DNA of 64,000 nucleotides, taken from Vicugna vicugna (lineage: Eukaryota). The DNA is taken from assembly GCA_013265495.1 (NCBI GenBank), contig MU061579.1:186001-250000 (forward strand), written 5' to 3'. This document shows positions 1 to 13,061 of this stretch, one piece after another (the first letter of the stretch is position 1; each line of letters begins with the position of its first letter). The translations under genes and the position numbers were made by a program. Under the pieces are notes generated by a model. The model worked only from the letters and a program-made list of their open reading frames with translations, was not told the origin of the DNA and ran no database searches.

Positions 1-1099
1 GGAAGAACTTTTGGTTTGGTTTATAATCAAAGTTGTGAGAAATGCAGCATCAAAGACAGGGATCAAAGGAAAAGTTAGTCTGTTTATCCAGAAGGCTCAC
101 TTCCTCTCTCTTGCCACTTCGTGCTTTCTTAAGTACTAGTCCTTTCCTTACACTGCCTGCTGCGTTCTCCTGTCACCTGGGTCGAATGTCAGTCTGGGCC
201 AGGGTGTCTAAGGTAATGTCCCATGTTTAAGACAATGAAAGGTTTCCGATGTGGATAATCTCTCACAAATTGACTATAGGATGCATTGAAAATGGGACAA
301 GTGGCTAAAGCAATCTCTTAGCCTACAGCCTGCAGTCACAAACCTTTATTTTCTTCCTGGCATAATTATTTTAAAAGCAACAACCATAATCAATATTTTG
401 TTTAACTATGAGACTTAGAAAGTCAATCATTCATTAGTGGCAATTCTAGAAATCCTCATAGACTTCTAGCTCTTTCAAATTAAGACTATAAATGATACTT
501 GGCTGATTTTTAAAATTTTAACCTGAAGATACTTTGGGGATTTTTATATTAAAAGTGAACTTCAAAAAAAATAATTAGTTTTAGCTTATATTTCTCAAAA
601 AAGCCATAATTAATTCTATTTAAAAATTATTTAAACAGTTCTCCTAAAAATGACTACTGAAAGCCATTAGGAAATAAAATAGTGAGATTTTAAAATGGAT
701 GACAAGTGCTCCTAATTTATGTACTACTTCATTGTACTGGTGTGCAATGTAAAAAACTTTATTTTTCTTTCAGGGAAACAATTATTTCATCAACCATAAT
801 TTCTGTTCTTTTATCTAATTATAATTCATCAGTAAAATATTGCTTAGTCCTAAATCAGCTGAAATAATAAAATATTGAAAAGTGTATTTTAAAAGATACT
901 GGCATCTAAAGGCAAACATATGTGATGACTCTGTAAGAATAATTGACTTACTGCACTCAAATTTTTCAAGTTACTATCATTTTTAGTGTGTACTCTGGTT
1001 CTTTAACAAACACTTTAAAATAATTATAACATATCTGCTTTTAAGAAGAGTTAGTTCTTCGTAAGTAACATGTTTTTAACCTCTACTTTCATGCAAAAT

Positions 1100-1168
1100 A
1101 TGTATTCTAGTTTTCATTTTACGGTTGAGAAGACCGAGATTTAGACAAATTAATTTACTCAGTTTCTT
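1100..1168 (-). mobile_element. MIR core fragment
   Basis: CATTTTACGGTTGAGAAGACCGAGATTTAGA resembles the antisense MIR core (ATTTTACAGATGAGGAAACTGAGGCTCAGA). Confidence 0.45.
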
Positions 1169-1931
1169 GAGAAAATATATCCATAGCTTCTATTATTCAT
1201 TTAATGTGATTTTAAATGCTATGTGTTTCTAGACAAACATCTCTGCAGATTGCCGTTTCATTGCTGCTATTTCATTTCTATACTTCTCTGTCTCATTCTT
1301 TTCCTCTTTCTATGAATTCCTGTAACGGAAAATTCTAAAAACTGGAATCAGTAAAGTTGCAGACGAGTGTGGGGCAATGTATTTAATTACAACCAACTAA
1401 CTGTCTTATACAGGTAGATAATCATTCATTAATTAATCATTCATTAATCCTTACACATATTCACTTATGTGACAGTTGATGTAGAGAATTGCTATTCATT
1501 ATCTTATTTCACTGTAAAATAAAATATACCAGAAATTTTGTGTTGCTCCTTCACTGTGTACAACACCATGAGGATTACTTCAGACTTATTATATATTTGT
1601 GCACTGAATTGATAATTATTGTAATAACCATAACACATACATGAGATTATGGTGAGCCTCAAAGACGAGGACAAGCATTCTGAAAAATTCTTCAAGTTCT
1701 GAATTGCAGAGCAAGTGGGAAATAGTAGTTTATGCAAGACGTGAGGACAAGGAAACAAGACCATCTCTAATAAGGAATTGGTAGGTTGGAAGACTGGCCA
1801 GAGACACTGATAATGATGAGCACATATTTTGATTACTCATATTTTAGGTAAATTCATGATTAATAGAAAACTTTTATAAAATGTTGGAAGTCTTTCTGAT
1901 TTGTTGTCAAACACCTTTCTATTTAAATATT

Positions 1932-2110
1932 TATGCATTCATTCAGCAACTATTTATTGTGCTCCTATGAGTCATGTATTCTTTCATTCAGCAAGTATCT
2001 GTTGATCCCTTACTATGTGCTAAGTGTTGTGCAAGGCAAAAAAGAGAAAAACCAGTAAAATACAGACATAGTATCTAGTGCTATGGAATTGAGACCATAC
2101 TGAGGAGGGG
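1932..2110 (-). mobile_element. L2 3' end(s)
   Basis: CATTCATTCAGCAACTATTTATTG and TTCATTCAGCAAGTATCTGTTGATCCCTTACTATGTGCTAAGTGTTGTGCAAGG match the antisense L2 tail. Confidence 0.6.
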
Positions 2111-2744
2111 AGGCATTGAGGAAGTATCTGGTTATAGAACAAGAATGATGAAGTTTAATGAAGCAAATGGAAATTTAGTGCACTAATCAAATTGAGTTCT
2201 GCTTTTCATTTGTTTGCTTTCTCTTAGGCATATTATTCCAGGGAACCTAGAAAAAGTAGGTGAAAGTGGAGAGAATTCATAAATTAGTGTCCATTGTTAA
2301 ACTGATAGACTGACACAGTGACAGAGAACTGGCCTTCCATATGCTTCCTATAAAACGTTGACTCGTTTACTCGGCTGACTCAACAGCAGGTGGGAAACGG
2401 GGCATGATTTGAACTTAGATGTTTTTTTTTTCGTGTATCACTTGTCACAGGTCCATTTTGAAGCATCTGCTTGCTTGTCTGCAAGTAATTTACAATTTGT
2501 CAAAAGCATTAGGAGCAGTTGACACTAATCATGTGTCGCCTGTGAAGTGCCTTTGCATTTATTGGAAGCATAGTTCTTTCTGAATGTTTTTATTTTAAAT
2601 GCATCTCTGGAGTCAGACAAGAAGGTCAAGATCAGTGTAGAAAATTGATATAAATTAACTAAACTAAATTGAACCTTAAGGACGTAAGTGTATTTATATA
2701 AACACACACTAAATTGTTGACTCAGTGATGGCATATCACTCCAT

Positions 2745-2985
2745 ACGTTGCATTAAGGACTTAATTCTGGAGTCAGACTGAATGGGGTTACATATCAGCT
2801 CAGTAATTCACTTGCTATGATCTGGGCATACTATTTCACCTCTGTGTGGCTCTGTTTTTTTTTTTAAGTGGATTAGTAATATCATGTACTTATCAGCTTG
2901 AAAGGATCAAATGTGTTGGATGAGGTATATGTGTGTGTGTGTCTATGTGAGTATAAAGTCACTAACAGATAGTTGCTGTTGTTGT
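2745..2985 (+). mobile_element. MIR SINE
   Basis: TCTGGAGTCAGACTG...TCTGGGCATACTATTTCACCTCTGTGTGGCTCTGTTT is collinear with the MIR consensus. Confidence 0.65.
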
Positions 2986-5790
2986 TTTCTTCTACAATTC
3001 TTGACTTAAGCCAACAATGTTAATGACATAGCCACCACTATTCCTTATGAATATGAATTTTCAGTCCTGGAGCACGTGTATTTCTTCCACTAGCTCCTGC
3101 TGTAGAATTGCTTAGGCTGTGAAACCCATCTCCTGGGTTTTGTACCACCTCTTTTTTTTTCCAAGTGGAGAATTGCCCTTGACAGGTTACTACATTTAAT
3201 CTATTATTGGTGGTTCAGAACCCTGTGACCCTGTTGGCCTGGTGAGGACCAACGTGTCTGCCATTTTCCTCCCAAACATAATTGTCTTCCCTCAGATATT
3301 AAAGGTTACAGATCTTGAGAAGCATTTTGTTTATGCTGAATGTATGTATGTTTTATACTAATAAAATGTATCTCTAATATTTAATTTCTCTCTGGTGTTC
3401 CCCTATATTTTCAGAAAGGTTGAGATGATTTTTTTTAAACAATTGTCCCTTCGTTTCAAGTTGAGTTCTCACCTCTACCATGTATAGATCCAGCATTGTT
3501 TGCTGAAACTGTTTGCCTTTCTTTGAATGTTTCTGTCTAACCTAGCCATTTGTCTAACATTCTGCTGTAGATTTTGTCTAGATGATTCTCTCATAGTGAG
3601 TTATATGGAATCTGATTTTTTAACCGTGCGAGCCCATTTAACTCTTAAATTAAACAAATATATTGAGGCAAGACAGATATATAAAACTAAATATAAAAAT
3701 GATATTTTAAAATAAAAGCCTGAGAGTGCAAGGAACTGAAAGATAACCTCTGCCATCTGAACCAAAACACGGTTTGAACATGAAGGTGATAAACTGGGCA
3801 TAAAAGGAGGGGAGACAAAATGTTTAACCCTACAAACAAGAGAGTTGGAATTAAACCCTGTTAAGTAAGGCTAAGGATCTATCCTTTCAGTGAAAGGATG
3901 AACAGAAAATAATAGTAATAGAAATTGTCCACTAACACAGTGAGACAGTGAGGAATCTTGGCTGCCCCATCCTGGGCCCTGGATGGAGCTCTCTCTTTCT
4001 GAGAGTGACCATGTCCAAGCATTTCTGATCTCTGCCCCTAGTGGGCACCTCTGTCACCCCTTCGTCATAGCTGTATTGTCACCTGTCCCTACTTCATTTC
4101 TGCCTCAGTTGCTTTTGGCCATATGTACATGCAATTTAGAGTTATTTTTATTGTCTCCTGGTCTAGCTCAAGAGATTGCCTTCTCCTTATCCTCCTGAGT
4201 ACATTTCTGGAGGAAAGGTGAGAAGACTCAGAACTAAGCTACTGACCTGTACCCACCGCACTAGGAAGACCCCAAGTCAGGATCTTCAGAGAAAACTAGC
4301 CCAGCATATTGTATACCCAGAAATCAAGTTTCTTTCTAATCTTATTTTAATTTTCCTTCCTGCCCTTTTACACCATCTGATTTTTCAGACTGTCTGCATA
4401 TTTTATTTTTGCTTGGCCTTGTTGTCCCCGCAGACACATTTTGAGTTTTCTTTTGGCTTCACATCTGGAGCCTTGGATTGGCTTACAAGGCACAACCAAC
4501 ACCAGAAGCCCAGGGCCCCCCTTGTCAAAGAAAAGATTTTGGGGACTAAATCCTTAAACAGTGATCAGAAAGTTACTGCTTAGAATATGTAAGGACAACC
4601 TATGCCAGATGTGCATCATTTCATTTATTAAAAGGTAGTAGAATGACATTTACCAGTGCTCCCTAGCCTCCTAGCCTTTTCAATTTGGGTAAAAGTGACG
4701 ATAGTTGTGCAGCTGTACCAGGATGCGCCTAGAGCTGGGGTGACAGCATCCAGCACACACGTGTTCCTCTGAGGCGCACTGGATGTCCACAGAAAAATCT
4801 GGGAGGACCCAAGTCACAGAATCTGCAGTCCAGCAAGGAGTTTGCGTATTAGTTATACAACAGATTGTTGTAATCAATTAGTACATTAAAGTGTTTTGAA
4901 TAAGTAGCTTAAGACCATGCTTTAAGTCTTTTAAATTTGACTTGACCATTTCATTTGTATGAACAGATTTCATTTCTATGAACAGACAATTCATAAAGGA
5001 GAAAATAGGTCTTTTGTAAGAATTTGGAGGGTGGGGAGGCTGTCTCACGAAACAATTAAAAATATCTCTAAGAATAAAACCTAAGAAAATAATTTGCACT
5101 GAGAATAAAGCTAGTTATATAATACATGTAAATGATGCCATTTAATATAACTTTGCTAATCACTAAAAGTCTGGCAAGTTCACTGAGTCATAGAATTTCC
5201 ATGCTAATGTGGGAGAATAGAAACATGTTCAAATAAATGGGATAATAGAAAATATCAAGTAATGATAATTACTCTGCACATAATATTTCTCAAAAATTGT
5301 TTTAGGATATTTGAGAATATTTTCTGTTTTCAGTATTAATAAAGTTGTATCAGTTATTTTTCTTCTTTGTTTTTAATTTTGGTCTTCTTAGCACTATATT
5401 TTGAATTACTAAATGAGTTAATTTGACAACACTTGGCATGAGAGAGATTTCATTTCTAGCTCATTTCCAAAGTAGTTCTCTTTTGTTCTGTAAGATCTTT
5501 TGTCTTCTTTCCATTCTTCTCTTTCCTTTTCTCTTTTTTTAAAATTAGTTTTAGGTGTTCAACCTATTTTTTTTAAATTAGTTTTAGCTGTTTTTTGGAT
5601 CTATTTGCTAGGTACAAGAATGTTATCTCTTATATAGGTAATTCAAGATAAGCAGAGAACCAATTTCCGGAGGCTGTCCCTAGAAAAACCCTGAACTGAC
5701 CCTTGAAAAATCCATTTAATTTTATAAATTCCAGCTTTCTTGAGAGAGAAGGAGGGAGATAGGGCGAGAGAGAGTTGCATGCAACTAACT

Positions 5791-5932
5791 GGTTCTTTTT
5801 TTTTTCATTTTTCAGTCTTATTGAGTAGAATTGTTACAATTTGACTGCACATATACAATATATTGCATGTAAATACGTGTATACAGTATCCTGCACATTT
5901 TTAAAAAATTTACATATATTTACTGTTCGTTG
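5791..5932 (-). mobile_element. Short 5'-truncated L1 (L1MB-like) 3' end
   Basis: Poly-T followed by CAGTCTTATTGAG...ACTGCACATAT, flanked by near-identical 14-mers GCATGCAAC(T/C)AACT at 5777-5790 and 5933-5946. Confidence 0.5.
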
Positions 5933-6484
5933 GCATGCAACCAACTTTTACAACATTTTCAAACTGATCACATGCAAGTATGGACATGGGATTCATAATG
6001 ATTTGTTCTTTGTTGGGAACGTGACGATCAGAGGTAAATCATGAAATATGGATTACATGTTGCTTTTGCCTCCTAGAAGCAGAGATGGCCCAGTTTCACG
6101 TGTTCTCAAATTCCAGGCATATGCCCATATAAATCTAAAATTATATAACAACATAATAATTATAAAAAGATTTGTAAAGAACTCAGAGACTATTATAAAG
6201 CCCTCTTTGCTGGTTTGCAGACACTACAGTAGTTCCCAAAAAACCTGGAAACTGGGCATCTGTTATGAAGGACAGTTCCTGCCTTCAAAAGCAATTCACT
6301 TGAGATACACACACACACATCCATGCACACACATGCACAAACACACAGAGACATGGCTGCATACTGAAATAAATATTACATAAAGGAATGAAAAGAAAAA
6401 AGTAATGAAAGGACAGATTTGCATGCTGAGAGAAGAAAACAGGTCTCTCTTAAAATTATTATTATTTTTAATATTTTAAATGGA

Positions 6485-8345
6485 CTTTTAATGTTTTCTG
6501 ATCATAAAATCAGTATATCTTCATTACAGAAATTCAAATAATGTCGAAAGCCTCACAGATGAAATTAAAATCAGCCTTTAATTCAAACATGAGGTTTGTC
6601 TCTGGTATGTGCATGTGCACATGAATATGAATGTAAATTAGAAATTGCCAAATTAACCAACATATTATAGGTAATTTTTCATATTCACAATCAGATACCC
6701 CCTGCATTTTACATTTATGCTTAATAATTTACCTCGTAAATGAACCTGTTATTTTAACAATTTTCCATTGCCATGATTTAAATGATGTCTAATACTTGTC
6801 CCATCTAAAATAACTTTGTAGTAATTATGTTTGTATATTAATGGTTACCCTAAGAGAGAAAATTCCTCAATGTGGTATAGCTGGGACAAAGAATCTTAGT
6901 TTTAATTGTGTTTGATGTAAGCTGTGTGTTTATTTCAAGGCATCTAGAAATATTACACATTCGACACTTGCAGCAGTAGCGTAGGGAGTTGTTGCTTTCA
7001 TCATGCACCTGTTACTGTTGGAGCTTATGATTGTTTTCATTTTTGCAAATTGGATTGGGGAAGTATCCCTTGGCGTCTATACGTCTACTTTACAAATTGC
7101 CCAAATTTATTGGTCTCTTTGTCTCTTGCTTTTTGATTCATAATTCCCTTTCCTATTAGGTATATTAAGCAAGGTATGTATATATGAAATACGTGCTCAG
7201 CTTATGCTTGCTTTACGTTCTATCTCTATATATACTGTATTTTAATGTGCGCATTAAAATATTGATGTGATCAAGTGTGAAATTTGCTTTTAAGCATCCT
7301 GCAAAAAAAGCTCCCTGATCATATAAGATAAATGCATATCTGTGTTTTTGGCTCATTTTCTAATTACACCATTGTTCTTTTACATTTAAAATATTTGTTT
7401 CTGAAAGATCAAATTTTATTTTATTTTATTTTAAAAGAGTAAACCAAGTGTCCATTTTATCAGTGTTCTACCTTTTCACACAGTCATGAAACACCATCAT
7501 TTTGTGTACACATGAATAAACACACATAAAAAGGATTAGGTACACACACACACATTGTCACACACACAGTCTTTTAAGACACTTTTCATTCTACTTAAAA
7601 ATCAATATGTATTTTTCACAGTGTAATATGGTTTTATATCCAGATTATAAAACTCCCTTCTCATTACATTTATAATTTTCTTGTCAATTCTGATAGAACA
7701 ATTTTCATACATGAACTTAAGTATCATTTGGTCTGCTTTCAGAAAGATATTGAGATTTTTAATTAAAACAATGAATTTAGATGTTAATCCATAGACAGCG
7801 CATATCTTATAGAGGTTTCCTAGAACAGTTTATTTCACTGATTTACAAATCACAAAATATATATTAATTACCATCAAAGACTCTTTGGCATATATAAAGA
7901 TAATCTGTTTTTTGCTTTTTGACTTATTGATATAATGCATATTAGTATAAATATTGCCTAATATACATTTTGTACATATATAATATACATATATAAGACA
8001 GTGTAATATTTTGAAAAATGATATATAATGTATTTTTTTAACATTTTTTATTGATTTATAATCATTTTACAATGTTGTGTCAAATTCCAGTGTTCAGCAC
8101 AATTTTTCAGTCATTCATGGACATATACACACTCATTGTCACATTTTTTTCTCTGTGATTTATCATAACATTTTGTGTATATTTCCCTGTGCTATACAGT
8201 GTAATCTTGTTTATCTATTCTACAATTTTGAAATCCCAGTCTATCCCTTCCCACCCTCTACCCCCCTGGTAAATAATGTATTTCTTAACAACATAAACCA
8301 TCTTAAAATAAGAAAGAATCTCAATATCATATTTCTCTTTTGATA
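6485..8345 (-). mobile_element. Old L1 (L1ME-like) 3' region, highly decayed, interrupted at 8036-8272
   Basis: TTTTCTGATCATAAAATCAGTATATCTTCATTACAGAAATTC resembles the antisense L1ME terminus; further antisense ORF2-like blocks follow. Confidence 0.5.
8036..8272 (-). mobile_element. Young camelid-type L1 3' UTR end, 5'-truncated
   Basis: Reverse strand ends ...GACACAACATTGTAAAATGATTATAAATCAATAAAAAATGTTAAAAAAA; target-site duplication ATAATGTATTT at 8025-8035 and 8273-8283. Confidence 0.9.
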
Positions 8346-8384
8346 GAGTTTAAGGTTTCAGCTTTGTTTCTTTCAGTATTCATC

Positions 8385-8534
8385 TGACCATGAGCCCTCC
8401 CCAGTCAGGCTTTAATCAGCACAACTCCACCAAAAAATGGCTTCATGATCATAAGAATGATACCAATGAATGATGCCAGATCTTTCAGAACCAAGATGCC
8501 AATTTTATGTGCTCATCATAACCTCCTAGCACCA
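8385..8534 (+). mobile_element. L2 ORF2 fragment
   Basis: CAGTCAGGCTTTAATCAGCACAACTCCACCAAAA resembles the L2 RT-region QSGF...HST motif. Confidence 0.5.
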
Positions 8535-10320
8535 TTCCAGATGATATAATCTTACAGAGAGATAACCCTAAAGACATAGAAAACTGTTAGAACTAATCAA
8601 TAAATACAATATAATTCAGGATACAAAATCAATCTGCAAAAGTCAATTGTGTTTCTATATGCTAACAGCAAACTACTTGAAAAGAAAATTAGGAAAACAA
8701 TCCCATTTATAATAGTACCGAGAAGAATAAACTACCGAGTAGTAAACTTCACTATGAAGATTTAAACTACCAAACTGTGTTTTGAAAACTACAAAACATT
8801 GATAAAAAAAGTTAAAGACCCAAACAAACAGAAAGGCATGCCATGTTCATGGATTGGGAGACATAATATTGCTAAAATGTCCATAGTTCCCAAAGTAATC
8901 TACAGATTCAGTGCAATCTCTTATCAAAATCCCAATGATGTTTTTTCCAGAAATAGAAAAAAATTCACAATTCACATGAAGCCACGGAGGGCTAAGAATA
9001 GCCAAAGCAATGTGGAGAAAGGAGAACAAAGCTGGAGGCCTTATACTTCCTGATTTCAAACTATATTTTAAAACAACAGTAATCAAAACAGTGTGTCATG
9101 GCATAAAGACAAACTTATAGACCAATAGAACTGAATAGAGAGTCCAGAAATCAGTCCATACATACATGGTGAACTGATCTTGGCAATGATTTTGTGGCTG
9201 TGACACCAAAAGCACAGAAACCAAAACATAAACAAGTGAGACTACATCAAACGAAAAGCTTCTGCACAGCAAAAGAAATAATCAACAGAGTGAAAAGACA
9301 TCCCACAGAATAGGAGAAGGTATTGAGGAACTACCCATCTGATAAAGGATTAATCTCCAAAATATTAAGAACACCTACACTCAACAGTAAAAATTTAACA
9401 GCCCAATTGAAAGCTGGATAAGGACTTGAAATAGACATTTCTCCAAATAAGATGTACAAATAGCTATCTAGTACATGAAAAAAATGTTCCAAGTCACTAA
9501 TGAGGGAAATAATACAAATAAAAACCACAATGAGATTTTACATTATACCTGTTGGGGTGGCTATTTTTCACAACACAAAAGCCACCAAGTGTTGGCCAAG
9601 ATTTGTAGATCCCGTCTCCTTCAAATTGGAATCCTTGCATGCTGTTAATGAAATTGTGAAGTGATGCAGCCACTATACAAAACAATATGGAGATTCTTCA
9701 AAAAATTAGAAATAGAACAACCATATGATCCATCAATCCTTCATCTGAGTTTTTATCCAAAAGAATAAACTTCAGGATCTCAGGGATATGTTAACCCTCC
9801 CATAATCATTGCAGCACTATTCCCAATAGCCAAGATGTAGAAACAACATGTAAATGTCCATTGCATATTAAGGAGTAAGTAAAGTATGATCTAGCTGTCT
9901 ACTTACATGTATTTATAGGTAAATATACACACACACAAAATGGACGGCGTTTCAACCCTAAATAAAGGAAATTCTGCAATTTACGACAATGTAGGTAAAC
10001 CTTGAGGACATCACGCTAAGTGAAATAAGTCACAGAAAGACAACTACTGTGTATTTCCACATATAGGAGGTATCTAAAATCATGAGATCCATCCTGGAAT
10101 GGTGATTTCCAGAGGCTGCGGAGGTGAGGAAATGGGGAGTTACTGATTCACAGGTATAAAGTTTCAGCTAAGCAAAATGAATGAACTCCAGAGATGTTCT
10201 ATACAACAGTGTACCTACAGTCAGCCATCATGTATTCTTAAAAATGTACTAAAATGGTAGATACCATGTTAAGTGTTCTTACCACAATAAAATAGTAAAG
10301 TAAAATAAAATAGATAAAAA
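8535..10320 (+). mobile_element. L1 (L1MA8-10-like) 3' part: decayed ORF2 from the RT FADD motif to the 3' UTR and A-rich tail
   Basis: ORF 8799-9053 PCSWIGRHNIAKMSIVPKVIYRF matches L1 ORF2p; 3' end GTTAAGTGTTCTTACCACAATAAAA plus A-rich tail; many stops and frameshifts. Confidence 0.95.
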
Positions 10321-10419
10321 TATCATGAAATCAATAGACCATGTGAAACCAGCTAACAGACATTTCCCCCACATGTAACACAAGAGTGTAATATACTGGT
10401 TCAAGATTATACATTATTG

Positions 10420-10572
10420 GAGATGACTTATTCCATGTAAAGACTAGATGTGAAAAGACAAGGGAATTGTAGACATGTCCAGGAAAAAGATTATTGGAGA
10501 TGTGATACAAATAGAAAGGGAAAGATATTTTTAAGAGTTATTTTAGGAACAGAAGCAACAAGTCCTGGTCAT
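10420..10572 (-). mobile_element. L2 fragment
   Basis: TATTTTAGGAACAGAAGCAACAAGTCCTGGTCATT resembles antisense L2. Confidence 0.4.
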
Positions 10573-11024
10573 TTTTTATAATTATTACATCCAAATAATT
10601 TAAGAGACATAATAAAGTAAATTTAGCAACACTGTTAAAAAAAGAAAAAATGAGAAGAAGAAAAAAAAGAAAAGAAAAGGAAAAGAAATGACACCGGGGG
10701 TAAGAAACCGTTGTAAAAATTTCTTTCCAAAATCTTGGTTTTTTAAAAAAAGTTAGTAGAATGGCTTGAACAGACTAGGTATCATGGAAAAAATTTTGCT
10801 TTGTTTATATCTATAATTCATTTTTTTAAAAAAGATAACAGAAAAATATAAAGGGTGGGATTTGCCAGGTGATTTTATGAGCCGGCACTGGTGATATTTC
10901 AAGTCCCCACGTCTAAAGTCATTTTATTGTCCCTTCTGGTTGCTACATTATTCTTTCTAGCACATTTCCCAGATTCATAATATGCTAGATTGCTTTTTAA
11001 CTGCTCTCAATTCGTTTACAGTGT

Positions 11025-11055
<31 letters not shown>

Positions 11056-11073
11056 ATACACATACACACACAC
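11025..11073. repeat. (CA)n microsatellite, imperfect 3' part
   Basis: Directly visible. Confidence 0.95.
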
Positions 11074-11189
11074 GTAAACAAAGAACACGAAAACACAAAC
11101 ACATAGTAACAACAGCAACAAAAACAAACAAGCAAAAGCTGTCGCACAGTATTTCACGTATGAATTTACGTACCAAATTGCTTTCTAGA

Positions 11190-12030
11190 CTGATTGATTC
11201 ATTAAATTTTTTAAGTATTCATTAAGTTCCTAGTGTGCCTACACTATTATAGGTGCCAAGAATACATTTGTGAGCAAGAAACCCAGAACTCTACTCTCTT
11301 GCCTGTTTTTTTTTTTTAAACAAAGAGGTTTATTTCTTGCTTGCTCACACAAACCTAGACACAAAATTAAAATACTCTCCTGCTTTCTTATAGATGGAGA
11401 CAGACATGAATGCACAGGTATGTATAGAATCAAGTGTCAAACAAAATACCTTGGAACATGAATTCTTGTAAAGATCTATTTAGATACAGATTAGCTTAAA
11501 CTGCACAACTCTCTTTATGTTGAGAATTTTAAAAGACCTCAGGAACCAAGATGGGTAAGAGAAAATCCACCTTTGGCCAAGGAAATGCCCATGCTATAAA
11601 AGGAAGCAAAAGCTAACCAAAAGCACGCGAAAGATAAAGAAGCTAGTGGAAGGACAGACAATAAAGAAATAAATAAAGATAAAATAGAATAAGTATTTAT
11701 AGGCGTGTGTAGGAGCCATGAAGAAAATGTAAGAGGGTCAAGGGATTTAGAGTGATGGGAGGTACTTCACTGAGGGTTTAAGAGTAGATGATCACAGGCA
11801 TGGGAGCTGGTTATTGTCAATGAAAGATCGCCAAGGCCACGAATCAGAGGGGCTCAGAGAAAAGGCCGGGATGAGTGTGTGAGAGCCCCAGGATTTGTGA
11901 GCCCCGAGACTGGAGGGTTAGCCGGAGACCAGGCCGTGGAAGGCCTCACGGCCAATGCTGAGAAGTTTGTCTTTTATTCCAGTTGCAGTAGAATGCAAAA
12001 ATACTGTAAATCAGGGGAGAGGCTTTATAA
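11190..12030 (-). mobile_element. L2 3' region, split (about 11190-11285 and 11640-12030)
   Basis: GATTCATTAAAT...CCTAGTGTGCCTACACTATTATAGGTGCC tail, and GGCCGTGGAAGGCCTCACGGCCAATGCTGAGAAGTTTGTCTTTTATTCC. Confidence 0.6.
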
Positions 12031-13061
12031 TTACATGTCTTATTTGAGTCTGTGTATTATATAGATGTATATTAGATTTCTGAATATTTAATAGGTACAC
12101 TTTTGCATTCTTGTCAATGAGGTTGTTAACACGGAATGTTATCAGAGCAAATAATAATTTAAAACCTGATTTACTTTTTGTTAACTTATGGAAATTGAAA
12201 TGCAGTTGTACTAATTTGGTTGGAAATGTGGAGCTCTCCTATTTCGTATTTACCACTTTGCTGCCACATCAGCTATTTAAATCATCTGAGTATGAGATTG
12301 GGGTCAATTCCTAACAAAATTAGAGTCACCTACAGCACAATTAGTGCTTGGACAATTCTTTAATACTGTCAGTGGAATTTCTTAAAGAAAAATATTCAAA
12401 GAAGCAAGCTGAGTTTTTTTTTTCACTCTATTTAAGACCATAATAACTACAGAATGCCACTGAATTTATAAGAAATAGAAGAGAATATTGGATTTAACAA
12501 AGTGAAAGGCTCCCCTAGACTCCAAATCTCAAAAAAACTTCCCTAGTTTTTAATTTTATTATGATTATGTTAGGATGCAGAATTGCCCAGTAGTGGCTTC
12601 TTATATTACTATAAAATTTCACCTTTTTTTTCTTTTTGCTTATGATTAACATTTCTAAAAAGCATTTTACCTTACACAGTGTTTATGTTGCTATATAAAA
12701 ATAAATGACATTTCACCGTGGACACTTTTCCTTTTGATGCGTTCCATGGTGCGTCCAAGATTTTCTAATAAATAGCAAATGAGGTATATGTCCTTTTGAA
12801 CTAAATGCATAATCTCTGTTAACCTTAATAGGACTTATGTTTGTAATGTAGACTTTTAAAATATATCAGTAACTCTAAAATAGTATGCAATAAAAATTAG
12901 CCTTTGATAAGAAAAGTGTTTGAGGTAATATAAGAGATACGCAATTAAAATGGATTCGTTTACTTATTTTATGCCAAAATCTTTATGCTGTTTTTTGTTT
13001 GTTTGTTTTTGAGCAAATCCTTCCCTTAAACTCCTTATTGGAATGTTAAAGGATTTGTGTT

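Noticed and set aside
4032..4046. CTCF site (CTGCCCCTAGTGGG)
   Set aside because: One C short of the core spacing, which gives mismatches at informative positions
4176..4583. 135-aa ORF as a gene
   Set aside because: No recognisable domain, non-ATG start and composition typical of non-coding DNA; the same applies to most 60-135 aa ORFs in the track
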